Positions 11,065-21,155 of a stretch of DNA of 34,780 nucleotides are shown here, in pieces. The notes under the pieces were generated by a model. It made no database searches and was not told the origin of the DNA. It worked only from the letters and a program-made list of their open reading frames with translations. Both the position numbers and the translations under genes were made by a program. This stretch comes from Vezdaea acicularis (Eukaryota): assembly GCA_026025075.1 (NCBI GenBank), contig JAPEUI010000153.1, forward strand, positions 1 to 34,780, in the 5' to 3' direction. The first letter of the stretch is position 1. Each line of letters begins with the position of its first letter.

Positions 11065-12453
11065 ATGGGTTGTGGAATGAGCACCGAGGAGAAGGAGGGG
11101 AAGGCCCGGAACGAGGAGATTGAGAACCAGCTCAAGAGAGATAAAATGATGCAAAGGAACGAGATTAAGATGCTTCTTCTAGGTAAGTTTACAAGCGCAA
11201 GGAGTGTTCTCGTAGACATACTTGCTAATGCCCTCGTAGGAGCTGGTGAATCGGGCAAGTCAACAATCTTGAAACAGATGAAGCTCATCCACGAAGGTGG
11301 CTATTCCCGCGATGAAAGGGAGTCATTCAAGGAAATCATCTTCAGCAATACGGTCCAATCGATGCGAGTCATCCTAGAGGCGATGGAATCGTTAGAGCTG
11401 CCATTAGATGACCAGAGGGCCGAATATCACGTGCAGACGATTTTCATGCAGCCAGCTCAGATCGAGGGGGAAAGCCTACCACCTGAAGTTGGAAACGCTA
11501 TTGACTCGTTGTGGAAAGACGCTGGTGTTCAAGAATGCTTCAAGAGATCAAGAGAGTACCAATTAAATGATTCAGCACGATAGTGAGTGTCGCAAATCGT
11601 TTCGTATCGTAGAAGCAAATTGGCAGACTTGGAGCTGCCTTCCCCTACGAAAGGTACTAACAATCTTTTTTATCTAGCTACTTCGATTCGATCGGCCGGA
11701 TTGCTCAACCCGACTACCTCCCCAGCGATCAAGATGTTCTTCGCTCTCGCGTGAAAACAACCGGTATCACAGAGACCACATTCATCATTGGTGACCTTAC
11801 CTATCGGATGTTCGACGTCGGCGGACAAAGAAGTGAGCGGAAAAAGTGGATTCACTGCTTCGAGAACGTCACAACCATTCTATTCCTAGTTGCGATCTCC
11901 GAATATGACCAACTTCTTTTTGAAGACGAGACCGTCAACCGCATGCAAGAAGCCCTTACACTTTTTGATTCCATCTGCAACTCGCGGTGGTTCATTAGAA
12001 CTTCAATCATCTTGTTTTTGAACAAGATCGATCGTTTCAAGGAAAAGCTTCCAGTCTCACCAATGAAGAACTACTTTCCCGACTATGAAGGTGGAGCCGA
12101 CTATGGTGCAGCGTGCGATTACATTCTCAACCGCTTCGTTTCTCTGAATCAGCATGAGACGAAACAGATCTACACCCACTTCACCTGTGCAACAGACACT
12201 ACCCAGATCCGCTTTGTCATGGCGGCAGTGAACGGTACGTATCATTTTGTCTTTTCCCTTTTTAGTAAAGACCCGGGCAATATTTTCCTTGTTTTGTTTG
12301 CTGTGGTTGACTCTAGTCTCGCACCGCAGACATAATCATCCAACGCAATCTGCAAGAAGTGGGACTGCTGGCGTTGTGATCTAGCTGCTTACTTGCTGTC
12401 AATATGTAGACATAATCATTCAGGAAAACCTGCGATTGTGCGGTCTGATCTAG
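11065..12453 (+). CDS. fadA: Heterotrimeric G protein alpha subunit, fungal group I (FadA/GNA-1/MagB type), 353 aa canonical isoform
   Basis: Model join(11065..11182,11240..11582,11678..12234,12410..12453) = 1062 nt. It has the MGCGMS myristoylation/palmitoylation N-terminus, [10 protein letters not shown]-loop, [23 protein letters not shown] and the canonical C-terminus [14 protein letters not shown]. Confidence 0.98.
12330..12379 (+). CDS. Alternative terminal exon A of the G-alpha gene (C-terminus [16 protein letters not shown])
   Basis: GTTGAC branch-like motif at 12306-12311 and CAG acceptor at 12327-12329. The exon starts AC ATA ATC like the canonical exon, is in phase with the donor at 12235, and ends at TGA 12377-12379. 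Confidence 0.75.
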
Positions 12454-12480
12454 TCGCTGATCTGATCTTCCAACCTACAG

Positions 12481-12524
12481 ACATAACAATTCAGAAAAAC
12501 ATGGTTCAATCTGGTCTCATATGA
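12481..12524 (+). CDS. Alternative terminal exon C of the G-alpha gene (C-terminus DITIQKNMVQSGLI*)
   Basis: GCTGAT/TCTGAT branch motifs at 12456-12466 and CAG acceptor at 12478-12480. The exon starts AC ATA, has the same phase and the same 44-nt coding length as the canonical exon, and ends at TGA 12522-12524. Confidence 0.75.
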
Positions 12525-13128
12525 CCATGAACCCGGAATTATGATCATTCGAACAACGCTTTTCCTATACTCTCTATCCGATGAGCTCCTATCGAAATCG
12601 CGGCAAAAGGCTTAAAGGTGTTAAAGACATAGTTTTGACGAGCTGGAGCTGCTATAATACCAACCAGTAGCCGACGTCTTATGCAATGGTATCTTACATC
12701 TATTTCCGCCCACCTTTTCCTTTCCAACACATCCTCTTCTTCCTTCCCCGAATGTATTCATGTACAAGCAGTGATGCTTCCTTCATTGGCGTTGGGCAGT
12801 CGGTTTCCCTTCTCGCGCCTGGATCTTGCTGTGCCGAGCGTGGAAGCGAGTAAGGGATGGATGTGGCTGTTGGGCAAGCGGAAGCTGGCACGGATGGGAA
12901 GCTTGCTATAGTAGTTTGGCTCACTGCATCAAAATTCTCAAGTCTATGTATTTGGGCCGCATACTAGTTTTAAAGCAGCAATCCTTAACTACAAGTTCCT
13001 CCTTCTAGAAGGATTTGGACAGCTATCTTGTATACTCCTTGTACAAATCTGTTATCCTTAAACACCGCCCGATGCTTTGATAATAGTATACTGAGCCACT
13101 GCAGCCAAACCGTTTTGTTGATGTTATT

Positions 13129-14162
13129 TCAGAATCTCAACTTAGGCAGAACTCCCACTATCAGTATCGCTATCACCATTAATCCCGCTATCCACGCATA
13201 CATCATCATTCTCCCCCACCAACCCTTTCCCTCTGTCATACGCCTCAACGAGCCTATCCGCCTCTCGGCCGCCTCCATCCCCAGGCTGTTCTTCTCCAAG
13301 TTCGCCCCAGTATTTGACAGCACATCTTTCTCCGATTCTAGACTACTGGCAAACGCCTTCGACGAGTTCTTCAACGCCGCCGCCATCTCGAGTAAGGAAT
13401 CAGTCAGTGTTTCTTGCTCTGTGCGTTGGTGGGAGAGAAGCGTTTCGCTGGTGGCTAGCGAGGCATTTGGGACGGGCTCCGAGGAAGTAGTTGCGGATGA
13501 TGCGGTAAAGAGCTCCGCGCCGCCATGGCGGGAACGGAGTTGGGATGTCTCTGGAAGAGTGGAGGGGCGTCGACGGTCGAGAGGTGAGGGCTCTTGTATA
13601 GTGGGCGTCGGTTGCGTCGCGGCGTGGGGAAGGTATTCCTTCAACAGGTCTTCAGCTTCGGAGCTGGCGAGGTCATCATCGTAATCATCGCCAAGCTGTG
13701 TTCTCAGATGATACAGGTTAGCCATCAAACCATTTTCGTTCTGCTTCGGCAGTCGCAACAAACTGAGCATCAAAGCCTCACCTGGCTGAGCTCATACAAG
13801 CGCTCATTCAACCTCTTGATCAGTTGTTTCTTCGCCCTCAGGTCTGCCTGCACATTCCGCTCCCGGCTGGCGCCTGCAGCTTTGCTGCCCGAATTCTCCT
13901 GCTCCAGGCGGAGTAATAATGTTCGGGCATACTCGAGGTTCTGCATATCACAGGTTTGTCAGCAGACATTTCCAACTGGCAAGTCTTTCCGTAGAGCCGC
14001 ACTCACTTTCCCAATCCGCGTCCGATCGTAGTCTGTGATCCGGGTTGGTGAGCTCGACGCTTCCGGAGATAGTAGAGTCGTTTCAAGGCGTGAGAGAAGC
14101 CGGGAGAGGTTGATGGCCGTTGTATTCGCAGACGGCGCAGGTGTGGAGTTTGTGTGCACCAT
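13129..14162 (-). CDS. USE1: Use1-like ER SNARE (tail-anchored), 293 aa
   Basis: Model complement(join(13129..13695,13782..13940,14007..14162)), with GTGAG donors and CAG acceptors. Features: N-terminal INLSRLLSRLE...NLEYARTLLLRLEQE, SNARE coiled coil HQRTEQETLTDSLLEMAAALKNSSKAF...LEKNSLGMEAAERRI, and a C-terminal TM segment WWGRMMMYAWIAGLMVIAILIVGVLPKLRF. Confidence 0.85.
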
Positions 14163-16957
14163 GCTTAATGCAGACAATGCTCTTGCATTGCGTACGCCCG
14201 GTTTTTATGGCATTTTACGTTTGTGGGGTTAGTTTCATCAGTTGGGATACTTGGAGCTTGCGTCTTGGGCAGCTATGCCTTGCGAGCTTCTTCGGTTGCG
14301 AGCTATCTTCCGCCAATCAAGCATTTCGCCCACGCACCTTTCCCACACATGTCAAAAACCAGCTCCAGCATTTCTTCAATATCGGTTTCTGTGAAGCTCT
14401 CGAACAGGGCCTATTCTACTGTGAACAAGGCAACCAGTTCATCCACCCATTGTTACACGGACGCGGCTCTCTTCTTGTCCAGTCGACCACAGAGAGGTCT
14501 TCATGGCTTGCGCTTATCCTTTTATAGACTGGTCTCGGTACCTTAAGGACTACGACACTGGCACAATACTGCGACAAAGCCCAAGAAGGCTGGTCCTTGA
14601 GCTTTCCGAGTTGGACCTCGGATGAGAGGAAAAACAGCAGATTCTCCGGATTGCCCTGATCTACGAAGCCGATGTCCCTCTCGGGTAGTGAAGGTATGGC
14701 ACATGACTGTTTCAAGCCACCTTTGTGGGACTCGAGCAGGTATGCGTGTTGAAGTCGACGTCAGGAATCAGGGGATCAACTGCTGATCGCTGTTCATTTC
14801 CAGTTTGAATAGATCTCTTACCGACTAGACTTGGTGGTCATCGAAGAGTATTGCGGGACAACGTCGGACCTTTCTCCGTGGCCCCAATGGAAGCTCACGA
14901 TCCCCTACCGGAATGGGGTTGTAATCATAACCAAGGTTAGGGGAGTCCTACGCTCATTTCGGTTACTTGGTAAGTTCTTCGAAGTCAAGCTAGCTCCCGA
15001 GGGCTTAATTCTTGTTCCTGAACATCTACCTTGACCAAAACGGCACCATCATGATGATCATCACACTTTAAGCATAGTTCACCTGAGGCCTTTGGGTCAC
15101 TGAACGAAGCAATTGTATCCATCTTTCGCTCCTATCTGACTACTGGATTGTCTCTCTCGGCTCTTTCGGGCAATCTCACAAGCAGTCTTCTCATTTGCTC
15201 AGTTTGCTGACACTTGCATGACACTCTCTAGTCTTACTGGCTATCTGGATGACCACACCGTCCGGCGGCCGTCAGCGCTCGTATTCACGCGTCTGAACCC
15301 CTTCCCCAGCCTTCCGCCAATATGCCATGGCCTGAGCGGTAGGGAAACCACGATTGGAAGTCGGTAGGCTAGTCCGCGATGCACATGGCCGCACGGAGCA
15401 ACAAACGTGGCAGCTTGATCCGACAGATGGTCAATCCGTACCCAAGCTGTCTTGCCTGTGTCCCGGGGCACAATTCGCGCTTCTGGGCGAGAATAATCCG
15501 GGATACTCGCATCTGTGATTGGTGGGGAGAGCGTGACTTATGAGCCTAATTCGCAATTCGAGACAATCCCCACGATACCTGCACTCCGAGCCGGGCTGAT
15601 CGAGCGCTCGCTCTCGATGTAAACTGAGGGAATTCACCAAGATCTATCCCGCCCAGTGATCTGGAAGCTTGGCATCCATCTAGTTACAGAAAGGTCAACG
15701 ATCTAACCGAGTCACATCGTATCGGTTTCATGAGAGAGATGATCCGACAGATTGGCAGATGTATCAAATTGTGGCATGGCCGGTGGGCGAAGTGGTCTTG
15801 CTAACTCTCGTCCTGCTGGGGGCACTGGATCGGACTACAGCAGCGGCACATCGCATCTCCACGCGCACTAGCCTTGTCCTTGACGTCAATGGGGAAACGG
15901 GGATGATTTGGCGGCCGCAAGCCGTAGACACCACCAGCTTTCAATATCGCGAAAGACGAAAGGCTAAAGGCGAAAGCCGCGCAGTCGCAGGACGACGAGG
16001 TTGCTTGGCAGCTGTCGTGATGGGTTTCATGTTTGTGAGAGCTTTTGCGACGACATTTCCTATCCACGCAGCAAAAGGCGAACGCTCGGGTTGCTCTGAA
16101 GAGGCAGCGTCAAGGCTTATGAAGGGGGGAGACTCTCCAGACGCGATGTTTGATCGCATGGAGCCGCTCGAGCAGCCGATCGCTGAAGGGTCTCGGTCTG
16201 CGCTCCGGACGGGAGATCGCACGGAAAGCGTGACCGGATCGGACGCGTGACGATGGCACGGACGATTGTGGTAGGCGGGCAGGGCTGGGGGGCCGTCTCA
16301 GATCGGAAGGACCCTGCCCGCCGACGTGCAAATCTTTTCCCATCTGCGACGTGGAGGCAGCGCCGCGTCTGATTCCAGTCGTTGCGGTGCGAGACGGGCG
16401 AGAGGAGCTCGAGTCGAGCGCGGCATGGAACGAGGTGGACCCCTTCTTTCATTTGCGCACCTCGTCCCTTTCCTCTTAGTCCTGGAGATTGCCACTACGC
16501 ATTTAATATCGTGCTATCGGTAGGATCTGGGTGGGCGGCTGAGAACATGTCTTGGCGAGCATTTGTGCGATGACGAGGTGGGGACGGTGGACGGTCGAAT
16601 GGCCGTGGGGGGCAGCGACGAAGGGCCGGCCGCGGCTCACCTGGGAAAGTGCCGCTGACGCTGACGCTCACACTCGCTCTCGCTCTGCCCGCGGCTGCCA
16701 AAAGCCAACGCGAGCCGAAGCGACGGAAAGACCGGTCCTTGCCGGCCCTCCCATTAGTGCGCGCCAGTCCGGAGCAGAGGGAGGGGAGGGCAGGGGGGCG
16801 GAGAGGAGCAGAGCAGGGAAAGGGCATCGTCACTGCCCAACTGGCGGCCCACGAAAGCCTTCGCCGTGGGGAAAATTGTCGAGCGTACGCCCTGCAATCT
16901 GCGGACATGATGCGCTCGAATGTCGCAACTTCACGGTGCCGCGATAGAGAGGGAGAG

Positions 16958-16992
16958 GAGAGAAGAGAGAAGAGAGAAGAGAGAAGAGAGAA
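16958..16992 (+). repeat. Heptanucleotide tandem repeat (GAGAGAA)x5
   Basis: Five perfect copies within a longer purine tract. An 11-nt G run lies nearby at 17074-17084. Confidence 0.9.
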
Positions 16993-17994
16993 GAGGGGGA
17001 CGAGAGCTGGAGGAGAGTCTCGCGCGATGGGGAAGGTAGGCTGGTCGGCGAGAGTCGGCCACGAACGCAGCGCGGGGGGGGGGGAAGGTGGGATCAACCC
17101 GAGAGCCCGCGGTCTTGCCAATGGCGCTCGACCCTTGTGCAGCCCCGACACCCCACATGGATGGACATGGACCCCCCCGAGCAAAATGGCCCACAGACCA
17201 TCGACCACACGTCGTCGCTGCACGCTCTTGCGTCTCCGCCATCCCTCTCGTCCGTGGCGTCCGCTCCGCGCCATCCACCGTCTTGGCCGAGCGAGTATAA
17301 TTCTGGCCTCCCTCTCGCTCCAGCGTCCACGATCCAATCCCATCCAGTCCGATATGCAGTCGCTCTTGTGCGGCCATCCACTCTCCGCCGTCACCGTACA
17401 CCATTCCCGCGCCTACTGGCTCAGCCTCTGTTCTTGCATGACAGCAGGACGACCGTCTTGACCCCCTGCACCCACTGCCGTCACCGCTCGTCAGACGGCC
17501 GCCCACAAACAACACCACTTCCTCTGCTCGCTCTCTAAACCGGGCACCCCTCCTCCCTTCCTCCCCGCTCGCTTTCCTCTCCAACCCTTTCACATTTCTG
17601 CCCGACTGATACCACTGCTCCCGTTGAGGATGCTCACCGTTCAGGATGCCCACGTCGGGACTCTGGTTTGCTAGGTGCTCCCGGACGGCTATATACTCGT
17701 ACGACGCCATCACCGCTCTTCCACGCATGACATCTGGCACGGTGATCTTGCCGTACAAGTGCTACTGCTCCCCTCCCGAGTCCGGATGATAGACTCGATC
17801 CTCTTTACTCCACTGCAACCCTTTGTGATACCATCACGAGAAGCCCGGATTCCCCATACCCGTGAGGATTGACGTTGGTGCGTGTTCGCATATATCTACC
17901 GTTCCTGGACCCTCGGGAGCAACCTGGATAATCGGGCCTGGAGAGGACTATCTTCGTTCCTTGGCTTCAAAGCTGGACGATCTACAGACAGGTG

Positions 17995-19903
17995 ATGACG
18001 CTTGTCTACAATCCAAGGCCCAAGGACATGGAGCGTAAACACCGTCGTGTAGGCATGGACAATACTGTCGCTGACATCCCTCGGACCATGGTTGACACGG
18101 GCTCTCTGCTTGACATATCTCAAGCGCAGAGCGGCGAATCTGTGGAATTCCACTCCCCTTCCCCTCAGGACTTCTTGGACGCTCAGTGGGCTGTCCCCCT
18201 TTTACCAGGGGCCGCAATGGACCAGCGGAATTTGATTAGCAGTGCGGACTGGGGCACCCCAACGTCCACGCAAAGCTTCGAGACCGTGAGCTCCTTCCCG
18301 TTGGGGGAGCATACCGTGGCTGGCCAGGCCCTCTTAACTCCTGTTTCTAATTCCTTTTCTTACACTGGGCCTATGCAAACTGGTGGCCAAGGTCTCTCAA
18401 TTTATGATACTCCGCAGAATTGGAATGCCCAGGCCCAGGCCCAGGCCCAGGCTGACGCCCAGGCTGACGCCCAGGCTGAGGTTGAGGCTGAGGTCCAGGC
18501 CCAAGCCCAGATTGCCCTTAGCCTATCTCCTTCTCGGAATCAGCAGGCCGCTCTCTATGACCAGACTCATTGGTACTCGGCGCATTTTGGCGTGCTGGAT
18601 CATGAGTTGGATTCCAGGCGTCCACCCAGTAGCATTGTGACAGATGGCTACAACGCGTTTTCCGGGCGTCCAGTACAAACCCGAAATGATTCTTCCAGGA
18701 CAGTATCAGCCATGTCGATCGCTACAAATGGGTCGTCAATTCAGTCCTCCTCCATGGATTCCCGGAGGCCTTCCACTTCTTTCACTAGTGATGTCTGGGC
18801 GCAGCAAACGTTCGAACCTGCGCCTGTGCTTGCGCTTCTAGCCAGTCCCCAAACAGGCGATCGACCACCTTCCCCGAGACTTGCGGTCAACATGAATGTG
18901 CCTAGGTGAGTTAAAACATGGTCATCGCAGATGGATTGGTTTGGGTTCTCATCAATTACCTTGGCTAGCAGCCCGCGACAGCGACCTCAGATGAATTTGG
19001 TGATCGAAGACTTTTCTCCCATAGACGATCCAGGCCGTTTCTCACCAGATACCGAGGCCGCAAAAGCGCGTGTAGATCCGTTATACCAAGCCCAAGCAGG
19101 AGAAGACGGCCAATATCACTGTCCTTGGAATCAGCCAAACTTTCGTGGAGAGGTCATCCCATGCCCGCACCTACCGACAAATCTCAAATGCAATTACGAG
19201 TAAGGTGATTGAATTCAGGCGATGTGCAACGACGCTGACAAGACGTAGCAAACAAATCGATTCCCATCTGAAGCCTTACCGATGCACGCGAGTAAAGGAT
19301 GAGTGTGCAGATAAGACTTTCTCTTCGATGGCGTGCCGACTCCGACATGAACGGGAAGCACACGGTATGCATGGCCATGGGGAACGTCCTCACACGTGCC
19401 CTGTTGCAGGGTGCGAACGGGCCACAAATGGATTCCCGCGTCGCTGGAATCTCCAGGACCATATGAAACGGGTTCACCACCATGTAGACCTACCGGACCG
19501 AAGAAGCGTCTCCCCTGGATCTGCTACGAGCCCGGGCAACAAGAAGAAGAGAGCCCTTCCTAACGATTCTCTTCAGACCCAGAGGAAGAAGTCTAAGACT
19601 TCGGCGTCTCCACTTGTCACTCAGGACACTGGGGAACTCTCATGGCCGGCAGGTCGTAATCAGACCAACAAGGAAGAGAGCCTTCACGCCCTGAAACATG
19701 AGATGATGACACACTCTCAGCTCGTGAGGGAGTACCTCAATCTTCTGAAAGTGGAAGCTCCAAAGCTGGACAACGCCGAACTCCAGGAGCACGTAGCTGG
19801 CATCAGACAACAAAGTCTTGGCCTCCGACTATTGCGAGACCGCCTCCCACAACCAAGTGACGTTGATTCGAAGGATCATAAGACTTTCAATGGCCCTGGC
19901 TGA
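17995..19903 (+). CDS. C2H2 zinc-finger transcription factor, about 598 aa
   Basis: Model join(17995..18905,18969..19199,19249..19903). The start codon is uncertain (other ATGs at 18028 and 18055). Fingers: YHCPW...CPHLPTNLKCNYD-KQIDSH, KPYRC...C...FSSMACRLRHEREAH and RPHTCPVAGC...GFPRRWNLQDHMKRVH. These are followed by an NLS-like KKKR...RKKSK and a C-terminal coiled coil. Confidence 0.9.
18427..18510 (+). repeat. Coding hexamer repeat (GCCCAG/GCTGAC/GCTGAG) encoding AQAQAQAQADAQADAQAEVEAEVQAQAQ
   Basis: 14 degenerate 6-nt units in frame within exon 1 of the transcription factor. Confidence 0.9.
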
Positions 19904-21155
19904 CGTGCGTTCATTTTTCTTGGTAAAGACCCTTAGGTTGCAGCACCAATCTAACTTGGGACAGGCAATCCATCATCAGAGTATGATTCAAATTACAGTC
20001 ATGGGGACCAGACCCTCACCATAGGCCATTTTCTGCTTGTTCCCCATGGATCCTGGAAGCGGTCCTCGGAGCCTCCCGATGTCTCGGCCAGAATGGATTG
20101 AAAGGAAATCTGCAGTGGGATCTGCGCCTGGATCGTCCCAAGGCCTACCGGGGCAAGAAACAGACTTGCGGGACCCAGGCTCAACAGTACAGAGGCATCT
20201 ATGGGACATGCTAAAGACATGTCACTCTCGGACTGTTTTTTTGGGCACAAGGATCTTCTCTGGCATTAAGGTCCAGACGCCCCAACGCTCTTGTTCTGAT
20301 CAAGCACGACAGAAAATTTGCTACAGTTTAGCTGCCCCTCTGTCCCAGGCCCTTGGAAATACTGGCATTTATCCTCCTGCGCGAGCTCATCCCTGTTGGC
20401 CGTCTCAAGGATGTAAGCATACCGCTTACGCTGGCTTCTTCACACATGTTATGCTCTCCCCTTTAGGCTCTGATACTAGCAGGACCATCCGGAATCCTGG
20501 TTAAGGCCGCTATCTAGTTGTAGCATCAAGACAGGGTCCCCTCCTTGGTGCCAGAGACAGGAATCTAGTCGTGTTGACAGTCTTTCCTATTTGTCGCAAT
20601 GCCTGTGTATTCGCGTATACCATGTAGCTTTGGGTCACACTGTCATCCTCTATAAGGGACGCGTCTTGTCATCATCTCCTTTTATGTAACCACTGCATAG
20701 ATGGGGGAACATGAAGCAGGGGAAGCATTGGAAAAAGATTCTACGTCCGTCACTGGCTGGAAATCGTAACGGCATCTACGCCGTCGGGATTGGATATTAG
20801 ACGTCACGAGCGTCTCGTCTTGGAATATTCCTCTTTCTCTTGCCATATCACACCACCTTGTCTTTTCTTTGGTTAGTGGTTTGTGTACTTGGCGACAAAG
20901 GAACGGATTGCTGTCGTCGAAGGTGGATAGATTAGAGCGCATGAAAATACTTTCACACACTTTGCGATCAGTCTTCATCGCCGCTGAGTGACTGCCTCGC
21001 ATGCAAAGCCCTTTGCAGCACCGACTCCATCTCGACTCCACCAAGCGACTACCTCGCATCCAATGCACATTCCCACGCCGAACCCATCCCAATAACGCCA
21101 ATCCAATAAGCCTTCCCAAACCCCAACCTCATCTCCATCGTTTCCCCCTTCGCGC

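Noticed and set aside
12313..12316. Extra CTAG acceptor upstream of G-alpha exon A
   Set aside because: It lies only a few nt from the branch-like motif and would give an out-of-frame, non-alpha5 tail.
13028..14031. 218-aa and 145-aa + strand ORFs
   Set aside because: Antisense to USE1, with no protein-family features.
15759..17758. Many long overlapping ORFs (up to 299 aa) on both strands
   Set aside because: Arg/Pro/Gly/Ala-rich products typical of stop-poor GC-rich non-coding DNA, with no motifs or consistent splice model.
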